Of a stretch of 64,000 bases of DNA, positions 45,764 through 59,164 are shown piece by piece; positions within the stretch are counted from its first letter, which is position 1, and every line of letters begins with the position of its first letter. The DNA lies in NCBI GenBank assembly GCA_965603165.1, contig CBFDBY010000005.1, positions 11,474 through 75,473 on the forward strand. Reading direction: 5' to 3'. This DNA comes from an uncultured Phycisphaerae bacterium (GTDB taxonomy: Bacteria > Planctomycetota > Phycisphaerae > Sedimentisphaerales > Anaerobacaceae). Below the pieces are notes generated by a model. The model saw only the letters and a program-made list of their open reading frames with translations, searched no databases and was not told the DNA's origin. The position numbers and the translations under genes are program-made.

Positions 45764-46309
45764 ATGGGTAGAAGCGTCGAGTTAGCCCGAATCATAGAAG
45801 GCTGCAAATCGGGGGACGCTGACTGCTTTGCGCAGGTGGTTGACATGTACGCCGGTCGCTGTTATGGGTACTTTTACCGGCTCACGGGTGACCGGGATCT
45901 CAGCGACGAGCTACTGAGCGAGCTGTTTATCAGACTCGTCGAGAAGATTGGGTCGTACAAGGGTGGTGCGTTCGAAAGCTGGCTTTTCAAGATTGCCTCG
46001 AACATCTTCCACGACCACCTGCGGGGCAAACAGCGTCGCAGAAGGCTGCTGGAGGCCCGCCGAGCCGAGATCGAGCTGGAACCGGACCTGAACGAGTCGC
46101 GTCGCTCCGATATGAGCGAAGACAGGCTTGACAAGCTCCAACTTCAGCTCAATCGCTTGGATGCCGATACCCGCGAATTGATTATGCTGCGGTTCCACTC
46201 GGAGTTGAGCTTTCGAGAAATCGCCGAACTTCGTTCTGAGCCGCTCGGCACGGCGTTGTCGAAGCTGCACCGGGGACTCAAGAAGCTGCGGACGCTCATG
46301 GAGGGGTAG
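45764..46309 (+). CDS. ECF-type RNA polymerase sigma factor
   Basis: 181 aa. Region 2 (FAQVVDMYAGRCYGYFYRLTGDRDLSDELLSELF) and region 4 (LSFREIAELRSEPLGTALSKLHRGLKKL). Confidence 0.9.
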   Translation: MGRSVELARIIEGCKSGDADCFAQVVDMYAGRCYGYFYRLTGDRDLSDELLSELFIRLVEKIGSYKGGAFESWLFKIASNIFHDHLRGKQRRRRLLEARRAEIELEPDLNESRRSDMSEDRLDKLQLQLNRLDADTRELIMLRFHSELSFREIAELRSEPLGTALSKLHRGLKKLRTLMEG

Positions 46310-46319
46310 GGTCGATCTT

Positions 46320-46829
46320 ATGAACGATCAAGCACGCGAAAACCTGGTCGAATGGCTCAAGCAAGTCATGGATGCAGAGTCGGCCCAAGCCGCCAATGAG
46401 GAGATACGGGCCGGCGAACGGCTTCTGGCGACTTACTCGGCCCCAAACCCGGATGCTCGGACCCTGACCGTCATCAAGGCCCGGATGGTCCTGGCGGCAG
46501 CGAGAAGGCGCCGCAAGATCCTGATCCTGCGCGGGTCGCTGGCAGCGGCTGCGGCGGTGGTCGTCATCGCCATGATCGGGCTGCTCGGCCCCGGCTCGAC
46601 GAGCCGAGCGCCCACGGTCCACGCGGCCATCATACCGACCGCCATCTGGGAAAGTGACAACATTGAGGCCGACGATCTCGACTTGGTGTACTTCACATCG
46701 GAGATTCGACGGATTGAGGCCCAGATGCAGGCCCTGGAGGCAGGCGAAAGCGAAAGCCGCGGAAGTGGCGCCTTGCAGAAGCTGGAAATGGAGCTGATGA
46801 ACGTCGAGATCGAGTTCTGGAAAGGATAA
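46320..46829 (+). CDS. Putative anti-sigma factor (single-pass membrane protein)
   Basis: 169 aa. Starts 10 nt after the sigma gene stop. One TM segment (AAAAVVVIAMIGLL). Confidence 0.6.
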   Translation: MNDQARENLVEWLKQVMDAESAQAANEEIRAGERLLATYSAPNPDARTLTVIKARMVLAAARRRRKILILRGSLAAAAAVVVIAMIGLLGPGSTSRAPTVHAAIIPTAIWESDNIEADDLDLVYFTSEIRRIEAQMQALEAGESESRGSGALQKLEMELMNVEIEFWKG

Positions 46830-46834
46830 CAGCA

Positions 46835-47659
46835 ATGCAGGTACACCGAGTAGCTGCGCTACTGGCGGGGATCGCGCTGGCCGGCGGCATGACGGCAGCG
46901 ACCCTGGCGGCTCCCGAATCACGGCCATCGAAGGAGGGGATCTGGCAGGATGAGCCGAGGCAGCCACGTTCCTGGTGGAATCGCGGCCTCTCGGACGAGA
47001 CGATCGAGCGGGCCATGAAAGGGCTACGGCAGCGCGATCCTGCCACGGCCAAACGCCTGGCCGAGCTCAGGAAAAAAGACCCGGAGCAATTCAAGATCGA
47101 GTTCCGCGAGCAGGCCCGGCCGGAGATCGAGCAGATCATCCGGGAGTACTGGGAGAGCCGCCGGCAGAGACGGAATGCCGAATTCCTCGACTGGCTCAAG
47201 GCAAATTATCCCAAGGAACACCAGAAGCTAACGGGCCTCAAGGAAAGAGACCCGTCGCTCTACGTCAAGAGCTTCGACCACCTGATGGACCAGTACGGCG
47301 CGATCTTCGAGGCTGAGAGATCGAATCCGGAGCTCGGCGCGGTCCTCAAGGAGGATCTTGAACTGAAAACGCGGCGCGACGAACTTTGCGCCCGGCTGCA
47401 CCACGAAAAGTCCGAGGCCAAGAAGCAGGCGCTCGGTCTGGAGCTCCAGGAGGTGGTCGCGCGACGCTACGACCTGATTGTGCGACGCAAAGAGATCACG
47501 TACGAACAACTCATCGAGAAGCTCGAAGAACTCCAGGCTCAGGTCAGGCAGAGCAGGGACGAAATCGCCACGTACAAGGACGACCGCATCAAGCAAGAGA
47601 ACGTCCGCCAGCGACTCCAGGCCCTCACTCGCAACAAATCCCGGTTCAAGTGGGACTGA
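46835..47659 (+). CDS. Secreted, highly charged helical protein (Spy/CpxP-like style)
   Basis: 274 aa with a signal peptide, then K/E/R-rich helices. Third gene of the ECF cluster. Confidence 0.65.
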   Translation: MQVHRVAALLAGIALAGGMTAATLAAPESRPSKEGIWQDEPRQPRSWWNRGLSDETIERAMKGLRQRDPATAKRLAELRKKDPEQFKIEFREQARPEIEQIIREYWESRRQRRNAEFLDWLKANYPKEHQKLTGLKERDPSLYVKSFDHLMDQYGAIFEAERSNPELGAVLKEDLELKTRRDELCARLHHEKSEAKKQALGLELQEVVARRYDLIVRRKEITYEQLIEKLEELQAQVRQSRDEIATYKDDRIKQENVRQRLQALTRNKSRFKWD

Positions 47660-47683
47660 TTCCGCGACGTCCATCAAGGGGAA

Positions 47684-47758
47684 TCGGGGAGACTGGATTC
47701 GAACCAGCGACCTCTGCGTCCCGAACGCAGCGCTCTAGCCAAGCTGAGCTACTCCCCG
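47684..47758 (-). tRNA. tRNA-Pro (anticodon CGG)
   Basis: Reverse strand reads CGGGGAG TA GCTC AGCTTGGCTA GAGC G CTGCG TTCGGGA CGCAG AGGTC GCTGG TTCGAAT CCAGT CTCCCCG A. Confidence 0.95.
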
Positions 47759-47804
47759 GTCAGCCAAACCACATAGCATACCGGCCATTTCACAGGCGTG
47801 CAAG

Positions 47805-50180
47805 TTATAACAAGTTCACCGGGTCGATATCAACAGCAATTTTTACGGCCGGCCGAATCGGTCGTTCGGCCCGGAGAACGGTGAAGAGGCGCCGCATGGT
47901 CCCGGCGTCCGGCGTCTGGACGATGATCTGAATGCGGTGGAACCGCTCGATCCGGCTGATCACGGCGGGCATCGGGCCGCGGATCTTCGCGTGCAGCCGC
48001 TGTTGCCGGACGATGCCGTCGATCCGCTGCCGCATGGCATTGGCGGCGGTTTCGAGCTTATCATACTTTGGGTCGCGTAGCACCACGGTGGCCAATCGCC
48101 AGTACGGCGGCAGGTCGCAGGCCTTGCGATGCTTCAGTTCTTCCCGCACGAACCCCTCGAAATCCTGCGCCAGCGCGGCCTTCACGGCGGGCTGCTCGGA
48201 AAAATAGGTTTGCACGAAGACAACGCCCCTTTTCTCGGACCGTCCCGCCCTGCCGGCCACCTGCGAGATGAGCTGGAACGTCCGCTCGTTTGAGCGGAAA
48301 TCAGGCAGGTACAGGCACGTATCGGCGCTGACCACGCCAACGAGCGTGACGTTAGGGAAGTGCAGCCCCTTGGCCAGGATCTGCGTGCCGGCGAGGACGT
48401 CGATCCGGCCCTGCCCGAATTCCCTGAGCAGCCGATAGTAGTCCTGGCTGGCCATCGAATCGCTGTCCACCCGGGCGATCCGGGCATGTGGGAACCGGCG
48501 AGCCAATTCTTCTTCGAGCCGTTGCGAGCCGACCCCGATCATGGTCATCCGTTTGCCGCAGAGCGGGCAGTCCTGCGGCACAAGCGTCTGGGCCAGGCAG
48601 TAGTGACACACCGCGTAGCCGTGCTCCATGTGCCGGCCGGTGACCGTGGTCACGGTCGGCCTGGGCGTCTTGATCTTGTGGAAGGTCAGCGAGCTGTCGC
48701 AGTTGCGGCACGTCAGCGTGTGCTTGCACGACGAGCAGAACACGAAGTTGCTGTATCCGCGCCGATTCAACAGCAGAATGGCCTGCTCCTTTCGGGCCAG
48801 CGCCAGGGCCAGATGTTCGGCTAACGGCATACTGAGCAGGTCCAGATGGTGCTCTCTGAGGCTGGCCTCTCGCATGTCAATCAGCCGCATCTGGGGCATC
48901 GGCAGGTCCATCACCCGCTTGGGCAGCCGCACGAGCGTGAAGCTCTCCCGCATGCGGCAATTGTGCAGCGTCTCGAGCGACGGCGTGGCGCTGCCCAAAA
49001 TGCACAGCGCCCCGGCAAGCTGCGCCCGTTTGATCGCCACGTCCCGGCCGTGGTAACGCGGCGCCGAGTCCTGCTTGTAGCTCGGCTCGTGCTCCTCATC
49101 CACCACGATCAGTCCGAGATTGGCAACCGGTGCGAAGATCGCGGACCGGGCGCCGATGACGACATCCGTCTCGCCCGCTCTGATCCGCTGCCACTCACGA
49201 TGGCGCTGGCCGGCGGTCAGCCCGGAATGCAGCACTGCAACACGCTCGAACCGGGCGGTGAAGCGCTGCACCGTCTGGGTGGTCAACGCGATCTCCGGAA
49301 GCAGCACGATGGCGGCCTTGTTCTCTCGCACGACCTCCTCAATCGCACGGATGTACAACTCGGTCTTGCCGCTGTCCGTGACGCCGTGCAGCACGGTCAC
49401 GCCGAACCGACCCGCCTCCATCCGCCCAATGATGTGATCCATCGCATCTTGCTGGTCCTCGTTGAGAGTCACCCGCTGATTCTCAACAGTCATCATGCCT
49501 TCCGGCACGACAGGCAGACTGGTGAACACCTTCCTCTCAACGATCCGGACGATCTGAGCATCTACCAACCGCTTGAGGCTCGGCGGACGGCAACCGACCG
49601 CTTCAAGCACATCAGGGGCGGCGACGGCCGAATCCGGACCGAAGGCCTGCCGCTCCCGCAGCATCGCCACCATCTGCTTCTGCTTGGGCCCCTTCAGTCC
49701 CTCGCAAGTCTCCTCCCATCCGGCGTGGAGATAGACATACCGCTGTCTCTTCAGCCCGGCGGCCTTCTTGACGGCCCCCGGGACCATCGCGGCCAGGACC
49801 TGCCCGAGCGGACAGACGTAGTACTCACTGATCCACCGGCCCAACTCGATCAACTGCGGGCTCAGCAGCACCTCGACGCTGGTCACGCGCGCCACGGCCT
49901 TGAGCCGGCCGCCGGCAAACGATTCATCACGCGAAAGGTCCGCCTGCACGCAGAACCCGGCATCGATCTTGTTGCTCCGCCCGAACGGCACCTCGACGCG
50001 TTGGCCCACCTCGATCGGCCAGAGCTCATCCGGCACCACATAATCGAATTCCGCGTCCGCCGCCGACTCCATCGCCACCCGGATGACATGCCCCCCCACC
50101 GGCTCCGGCCGTGCTTTGCGGCGTTGCGGCTCAGGCGTCAATTCGCCAAACAAGCTCGATGTTGAATGTCGGTCAGCCAC
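47805..50180 (-). CDS. priA: Primosomal protein N' (replication restart helicase PriA)
   Basis: 791 aa. Walker A GVTDSGKT, DEEHE box and Cys-rich zinc-binding insert (CSSCKHTLTCRNC...CHYC...CPLCG). Confidence 0.95.
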   Translation of the reverse strand: MADRHSTSSLFGELTPEPQRRKARPEPVGGHVIRVAMESAADAEFDYVVPDELWPIEVGQRVEVPFGRSNKIDAGFCVQADLSRDESFAGGRLKAVARVTSVEVLLSPQLIELGRWISEYYVCPLGQVLAAMVPGAVKKAAGLKRQRYVYLHAGWEETCEGLKGPKQKQMVAMLRERQAFGPDSAVAAPDVLEAVGCRPPSLKRLVDAQIVRIVERKVFTSLPVVPEGMMTVENQRVTLNEDQQDAMDHIIGRMEAGRFGVTVLHGVTDSGKTELYIRAIEEVVRENKAAIVLLPEIALTTQTVQRFTARFERVAVLHSGLTAGQRHREWQRIRAGETDVVIGARSAIFAPVANLGLIVVDEEHEPSYKQDSAPRYHGRDVAIKRAQLAGALCILGSATPSLETLHNCRMRESFTLVRLPKRVMDLPMPQMRLIDMREASLREHHLDLLSMPLAEHLALALARKEQAILLLNRRGYSNFVFCSSCKHTLTCRNCDSSLTFHKIKTPRPTVTTVTGRHMEHGYAVCHYCLAQTLVPQDCPLCGKRMTMIGVGSQRLEEELARRFPHARIARVDSDSMASQDYYRLLREFGQGRIDVLAGTQILAKGLHFPNVTLVGVVSADTCLYLPDFRSNERTFQLISQVAGRAGRSEKRGVVFVQTYFSEQPAVKAALAQDFEGFVREELKHRKACDLPPYWRLATVVLRDPKYDKLETAANAMRQRIDGIVRQQRLHAKIRGPMPAVISRIERFHRIQIIVQTPDAGTMRRLFTVLRAERPIRPAVKIAVDIDPVNLL

Positions 50181-50257
50181 AAATCAACCTGATGAACACT
50201 CCATGCGAACCTCCCCTCTGAGGACGATTTCGATGCCCCGATGCGACCTTCCTGACC

Positions 50258-50680
50258 CTACCGATGGTACCTGCCCCCCTGCCGCCGCCGCTCGGAGACC
50301 TCGCTGATGACGGTGCTGTCGCGCGCGTCGAGACCGATCCGCGCGATCAGGGTCTTGATGTAGGCCAGATGGGGACAAGGCGGCCCATGGTAGTTATCGT
50401 TCGTCATGCAGGACGACAACTGGACTACGACCCGGTCCTTGTCGATCCCCTCCTTCTTCTTGATGGTCCTGAGGAGGCTGGTGAGCTTGCGATGGGTGGC
50501 CCGGCCGCAGCAGCCCCCGCAGGTCATGCTCAGGTCTCGATAGGACTTGTCCTTCGGGTACTCCGCAAAGCCGCCCGTTCGCTCGTGGAAGGCTTTCTCA
50601 CACAAGTATCCCGGGCACCGTTCCTTCACGATATGGCACTGCAAGATCACGATATATTCCTTCTGGGCCAAGTCTGTCAT
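50258..50680 (-). CDS. CGGC domain-containing protein
   Basis: 140 aa. CPGYLC ... MTCGGCCGR ... motifs. Confidence 0.8.
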   Translation of the reverse strand: MTDLAQKEYIVILQCHIVKERCPGYLCEKAFHERTGGFAEYPKDKSYRDLSMTCGGCCGRATHRKLTSLLRTIKKKEGIDKDRVVVQLSSCMTNDNYHGPPCPHLAYIKTLIARIGLDARDSTVISEVSERRRQGGRYHR

Positions 50681-50698
50681 CTTCGCGACTGTCTCCTG

Positions 50699-51766
50699 CT
50701 ATGTTGTTGATTTCTGTCCGCCCCCCGGCCGGCGTTTTTCCGCATCACGCCTCCCGCCCTTGGCCGCTCCTGCGTCGTCCGTCATGCCGAAAGCCATGAT
50801 CGGAGCGCCCGGGAAGGCGACGGATGAATCTGAATGACCGAGTACGATCCCTTCGCCCAGGGCCAGAATGGTGTCCTGCAGTTTGCCGAAGGTGTTCCAG
50901 ATCTTCGCCACCACCTGCCCCTTGGCCACGAGGTCTTGGGGCTTGGCCATGAACCGGATGATCCCACTGGTGCTGCTGACCGGCTCGGTCGACAACAGAA
51001 GGGTCTTGCCCCGGACCGTCTCCGGCAGATCGAAAGCGAATCTGTCGCCGCTGTCTGGGAGCATTCCCAGGTGGCGCAGCACGTTGGTGACGGAGTCGAC
51101 GCCGCACTCGACGTTGCGCTCGTTGACGACGTACGACTCGCCCAGTTCGAGTGTCAGCGCGGGAATATCGCACTGAAGAAGGTTGTAGGAGAAGCTTCGC
51201 GTCAGTGTCTCGTCCTCGCGCACGACAAGCAAGCCCGATTCGGCGGCGACTTTCTTCGCCTCCCCGTAGGCCTTCTCATGGGCGGCCCCCGGGTGCGGAT
51301 CGAGCACGGCGTACGGCATGGACTTCATCCAATCGTTGTGCAGGTCCAGAACGAAGGTGGGCTTGGTCTCTCGGATCGTCGTGAACACCTTCTCGGCGAT
51401 TCGCTCGGCTAGCGAACCGTTCCGGTCGCCCGGGAAGAAGCGATTCAGGTCCTCCCGGCTCATCGTGATATTGCGCGAACCCGCCTCGAAGCCGATCGGG
51501 TTCATGAGCGGAAAGGCACAGAGCGTGCCCTTCAGCAGGTGTTGCCGCCGCACGAGTCGAAAGACCTCCTGGATCGTCACGACGCCCGTGACCTCATCTC
51601 CGTGAATCCCACCCGTCAGCCAGACCACAGGCCCGGACGCAGGGCTCTCAATGCTCATGAAGGGCAATCGGCGACGAGACAGATCGGAGCCAGTCAGGAT
51701 CTTCAGGAAGCTATACTTGATCTTCTGTTTCGTTCGTTTCGATTTACCGCCTTGCATAGTGCACAC
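50699..51766 (-). CDS. Succinylglutamate desuccinylase/aspartoacylase family zinc hydrolase
   Basis: 355 aa with the GPVVWLTGGIHGDEVTG metal-binding motif. Confidence 0.85.
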   Translation of the reverse strand: MCTMQGGKSKRTKQKIKYSFLKILTGSDLSRRRLPFMSIESPASGPVVWLTGGIHGDEVTGVVTIQEVFRLVRRQHLLKGTLCAFPLMNPIGFEAGSRNITMSREDLNRFFPGDRNGSLAERIAEKVFTTIRETKPTFVLDLHNDWMKSMPYAVLDPHPGAAHEKAYGEAKKVAAESGLLVVREDETLTRSFSYNLLQCDIPALTLELGESYVVNERNVECGVDSVTNVLRHLGMLPDSGDRFAFDLPETVRGKTLLLSTEPVSSTSGIIRFMAKPQDLVAKGQVVAKIWNTFGKLQDTILALGEGIVLGHSDSSVAFPGAPIMAFGMTDDAGAAKGGRRDAEKRRPGGGQKSTT

Positions 51767-51852
51767 CCGTCCACAGCGGAACCGGCATTTCGTTAGAGTA
51801 CTTCACAATCGATTTCTTCGCAAACCACCGTCACTGCCCTTGGCGCGGCCCC

Positions 51853-53073
51853 CTACAGGGCAAAACGCTCGGCCGCGATCCGGCTTATGTAGCTGCCGAT
51901 CGCCAGCGACGCCGTGGCCGCGGGCGACGGCGCGTTGAGAACGTGGATGGCATGGCCGCGGGCTTCGATCTTGAAATCATCGACCAGCTCACCTTTCGGC
52001 CCGACCGCCTGCGCCCGGAGGCCAACCTTCCCGGGATGAACGTCTCCCGGCTCAAGCGACGGAATCAGCCTCTGCAACTGCTTCAGCAGGAGCTTCTTCG
52101 AGACAGCGCGTGCGTATTCGCCGAGTCCGTAGCGCCAGTGGCGGGCAAAGAGCTTCCAGGTGCCGGCGTGCGAAAGCGATTCCCACGAATCGTGAAGACT
52201 CAGAGCCCCCCTGCTATATCCTTCCCTCTTGAACGCGAAGACGGCGTTCGGCCCGCACTCCACGGAGCCATCAATCATCCGCGTGAAATGCACCCCGAGG
52301 AAGGGGAACTGCGGATTCGGGACCGGATAGACGAGGTTCTTTACCTTGCCGGCCGCATTGCCGTCCAGTTCGGAGTAATCGCCCCGGAACGGAACGATCC
52401 GCACCGGCGGCTCAACACCGTCCATGCGGGCCACCCGGTCGCACTGCAGGCCCGTGCAGTTGATAATATAGCGTGTCCTGATCGCCCCCTGGTTCGTGAC
52501 CACATTCGTATAGAAGTCGTGCTTATCAAAGCCGGTGACCTCATGGGAAGTCAGCACCTTGTTGCCGTTGCCGCCGCTTTCAATGAGTTCCGCCAGCTTA
52601 TTGGCCACCTGGACGAAGTCAATGATCCCAGTGCCGGGGACGTGCAGACCGGCAATTCCGGATGCACAGGGCTCGAGCTGGCGGATGCGGTCGGGCCCGA
52701 TCTGTTCGATGCCTTCCACACCGTTTTGGCGGCCGTTCTCGAGGATCCGTTCCATGTCGGGCAGTTCGGCCTCGTGGGTCGCCACAATGATCTTGCCGCA
52801 GATCTCGTGCGGGATCTCATACCTCTTGGCAAATTCGATAAGCTCGGTTCTTCCGGCCGTACAGGTGGCGGCCTTGGTCGAGCCGGGCGGGTAGTAGAGC
52901 CCCGAGTGAATCACGCCGGAGTTGTGCCCCGTCTGGTGAGCGGCCAGACGGTCCTCCTTCTCCAGCACGACAAGCCGCACGTCCGGGTGGCTCAGCATAA
53001 GCTTGTACGCCGATGCCAGCCCGACAATGCCACCCCCCACCACAACGATATCGAAATCAGTCTTACGCTGCAT
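51853..53073 (-). CDS. lhgO: L-2-hydroxyglutarate oxidase (FAD-dependent)
   Basis: FDIVVVGGGIVGLA and C-terminal HVLNAPSPAATASLAIG. ATG 53073 has GAGGA upstream. The track start at 53118 is probably over-extended. Confidence 0.85.
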   Translation of the reverse strand: MQRKTDFDIVVVGGGIVGLASAYKLMLSHPDVRLVVLEKEDRLAAHQTGHNSGVIHSGLYYPPGSTKAATCTAGRTELIEFAKRYEIPHEICGKIIVATHEAELPDMERILENGRQNGVEGIEQIGPDRIRQLEPCASGIAGLHVPGTGIIDFVQVANKLAELIESGGNGNKVLTSHEVTGFDKHDFYTNVVTNQGAIRTRYIINCTGLQCDRVARMDGVEPPVRIVPFRGDYSELDGNAAGKVKNLVYPVPNPQFPFLGVHFTRMIDGSVECGPNAVFAFKREGYSRGALSLHDSWESLSHAGTWKLFARHWRYGLGEYARAVSKKLLLKQLQRLIPSLEPGDVHPGKVGLRAQAVGPKGELVDDFKIEARGHAIHVLNAPSPAATASLAIGSYISRIAAERFAL

Positions 53074-53212
53074 GACTGCGAATCCTCGAATTACAGCTAC
53101 CCCCTCGCACCACAACAATACCGCCCCCCCTGCCCCCCGTCAACGCCTCGCCTCCCGCTCCGCTACGGAGGATTCGGCGCAACGCGAGCACTGATATACG
53201 CGCAATCGTGGG

Positions 53213-53319
53213 CCAAATCCCAATCTTCGAAACGGACGGGCCGTCAACGCGCGTCTGGGATTTCTGTGCTTCGAGATTCGCCTTTGTTCAGAGTTTTGGA
53301 TTTCGTGCTTAGGATTTTC
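53213..53319. repeat. Intergenic repeat cluster (GGGATTTCTGTGCTTCGAGATTCG / TTGGATTTCGTGCTTAGGATTTTC) of the same family as 60977-61134
   Basis: Two G/T-rich copies at 53257-53280 and 53297-53319, plus a complementary AAATCCCAATCTTCGAAAC at 53215-53233. Confidence 0.6.
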
Positions 53320-53336
53320 CGCCCTGCCGGGCGGGC

Positions 53337-54017
53337 TTACATATCGGGGACGACTTCGGGGTAGAGGTGGCCCATGGGACTGATTTTGAAAACGTAGATG
53401 AGGCCCTCCTGGAGCTTGTGGTAGATGACGCTGCCGTAGATGGCCTTGATGTCGTGGGCGCGGAGCTGTTCCGGGTCGTTGGCGAGGTCCCAGATGTGCG
53501 TCCAGAAGAGCTGCTGGTGCTCGGCGGGCAGCATCTGGAGCAGGCCGGCGTAGCGCTTCGGCTCGGCGCCGGGCTCTTCGATGAGGAAGCCGTCGCCCGG
53601 GGCCATCCGCTCGCCGTAGATGCGCCGCCAGATGTACAGAGCGCGGGACTTTCCGTCCATGACCATCCTGTCGCCGAACGTGACGATCAGGGCGTCGAAA
53701 TGGACGACGTCGCCTTCGACGGTGTATTCCTTTTGCAGGATTTTCTTCGTTTTGTCGTCGCGGGCGGTCTCGACGAAGCGGATCGTCGTCCGCAGGCGGC
53801 CTTCCTCATTGCGCTGCGAGATGACCTTGGCGTAGCCGATCTGGTCCTCGTCGGTGAGGTTGGTGATGGCCTGTTTGAGCTGCTTGTTCTCCGTGAGCAG
53901 CTCGTGGATGGTCATCGCCCGACGATAGAGCCCCGGACCGACCAGCGCGGCCGCTGCGACAAACAGGGCCCCGACACCGTAGGAGAGCAACCGTATTTTC
54001 CCGCGTAGAAACGCCAT
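53337..54017 (-). CDS. Hypothetical N-terminally anchored protein
   Basis: Start taken at MAFLRGKIRLL... (ATG 54017). The track start at 54278 would overlap the pruA 3' end. Confidence 0.65.
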   Translation of the reverse strand: MAFLRGKIRLLSYGVGALFVAAAALVGPGLYRRAMTIHELLTENKQLKQAITNLTDEDQIGYAKVISQRNEEGRLRTTIRFVETARDDKTKKILQKEYTVEGDVVHFDALIVTFGDRMVMDGKSRALYIWRRIYGERMAPGDGFLIEEPGAEPKRYAGLLQMLPAEHQQLFWTHIWDLANDPEQLRAHDIKAIYGSVIYHKLQEGLIYVFKISPMGHLYPEVVPDM

Positions 54018-54199
54018 ATCCTTCCAATCTGCCTGCACCCGGCAAGTACTACGAACCGCTCCTCCCGAATGTTTCCATCGGCTCAAACAGCCAAATCCCT
54101 GCATTTTTTCGGGCATGACGGGGGTGGACGGCGATGAGGAACGCCGAAGGCCGGAATGGGACCCGGCCTTCGGCTCGAATGGCGAACAGGAACCCGCTA

Positions 54200-55831
<1,632 letters not shown>

Positions 55832-55892
55832 TCTTACCTCCCTACATAGATAGCCTATTAGGGTTTCTGTAATTGCGCTTAACGAGAGCGGT

Positions 55893-55921
55893 ATTGTCGC
55901 CCATGGTCCCGCGGGCGTCAA
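55893..55921 (-). promoter_or_regulatory. Candidate promoter TTGACG-17-GACAAT for pruA
   Basis: On the reverse strand, -35 is at 55916-55921 and -10 at 55893-55898. Confidence 0.4.
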
Positions 55922-56045
55922 CCGAACAAATCCGAATGTGGGCATTTTTGTCCGGGAGAACGCGCATTTCCAATTGCATCTGACGCACGGAGTGTCTATA
56001 TTCATCGCGTTCGAGAAAATGGGGTACCGTGAAGGAATGGGTAGC

Positions 56046-56840
56046 ATGGACAAAGGATGGTCAACGAAGCTCACGTGCATCAGTCTGGTTTGCATCGCGG
56101 CCGTTTCCGGATGCTATGAGCCCGAGCCGCCGCCGTATATCGTCGGAGAAATGCCGCCACTGGTGCTGCCGCCCGCGCAGGCCCCGCCGGCGAAACATCG
56201 TCTTGTCGGCCGCTCCGTGCAGGGCCGGCCCATCATGCTTCAGATCCTGGGCGAAGGTAAGGATACGGTCCTCATCATGGCCTCAATTCACGGCAACGAG
56301 CCGGCCGGGACCCCGCTGGTGCATCGACTGATCGACCACCTGAGGCGGAACCCCGTCCTGCTCGAAGGCCGGCGCATCGTGCTGCTGCCCGTCGCCAACC
56401 CGGATGGGCTGGCGGCCAAGACCCGCGAGAACGTCCGGGGTGTCGATCTCAACCGAAACTTCACGGCGGATAACCGCGTGAACAACCGCGCCAATGGATT
56501 CAGCCCCCTGTCCGAGCCGGAATCCCGTGCCCTGGCGGCGGTCATCAAGGAGTACGGGCCAAGCCGAATCGTAAGCATCCATCAGCCTTTGAACTGCATC
56601 GACTACGACGGGCCCGGGCGGGCGCTGGCCGCACGCATGGCGCAATACTGCGATCTGCCTGTGAAAAAGTTGGGCGTGAAGCCCGGGTCGCTTGGCGCGT
56701 ACGCGGGCGATACGCTCGGCATCCCGATTATCACGCTCGAACTGCCCCGGGATGCATCGAGATGGAGCGATGTCACCCTTTGGGAGAAGTATGGAAAGGC
56801 AGTCCTGGCGGTGATTACGTTCCCGCAACACGCCTCGTAG
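56046..56840 (+). CDS. M14 family zinc carboxypeptidase-like lipoprotein (murein peptide amidase MpaA-like)
   Basis: IMASIHGNEPAG (HxxE) motif. ATG 56046 has GAAGGA 9 nt upstream and gives a lipoprotein signal ...AAVSGC. Confidence 0.8.
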   Translation: MDKGWSTKLTCISLVCIAAVSGCYEPEPPPYIVGEMPPLVLPPAQAPPAKHRLVGRSVQGRPIMLQILGEGKDTVLIMASIHGNEPAGTPLVHRLIDHLRRNPVLLEGRRIVLLPVANPDGLAAKTRENVRGVDLNRNFTADNRVNNRANGFSPLSEPESRALAAVIKEYGPSRIVSIHQPLNCIDYDGPGRALAARMAQYCDLPVKKLGVKPGSLGAYAGDTLGIPIITLELPRDASRWSDVTLWEKYGKAVLAVITFPQHAS

Positions 56841-56954
56841 AGGCCTTGCGCCCGTACGGAGAACTCCTACCGGATTGATTCGCTCGCCCGGATATCGTAC
56901 GATACGAAGGCGGGCCGGCCAAACCAGTCCTGCCTCTGCGGCCTGCAAAGTACG

Positions 56955-56975
56955 TCCGCCTGGTTCGCAGGCGGA
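56955..56975 (+). terminator. Candidate terminator hairpin TCCGCCTG[GTTCG]CAGGCGGA
   Basis: 8-bp stem downstream of the M14 gene. The U tract (GCGTTTG) is weak. Confidence 0.3.
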
Positions 56976-57037
56976 GCGTTTGAAGCAGGCAAGGCAAGGG
57001 CATCGTCCGCCTGACGGCCGTGCTCGTTGTGAGCAAG

Positions 57038-59077
<2,040 letters not shown>

Positions 59078-59164
59078 CCATCCGGCCGGCACACTGTGCG
59101 ACACAAGGATAGGAAAGAACCACGAGAAGGTAGGAAAGACTGACCCATCTTGGGGAACCATTCG

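Noticed and set aside
48846-50165. 439-aa plus-strand ORF
   Set aside because: It is antisense to priA.
51943-53364. 473-aa plus-strand ORF
   Set aside because: It is antisense to lhgO and runs through the intergenic repeat locus.
55832-56095. N-terminal extension of the pruA ORF
   Set aside because: ATG 55831 has a strong GGAGGTAAGA SD and gives a canonical P5C dehydrogenase N-terminus. The extension also overlaps the divergent promoter region.
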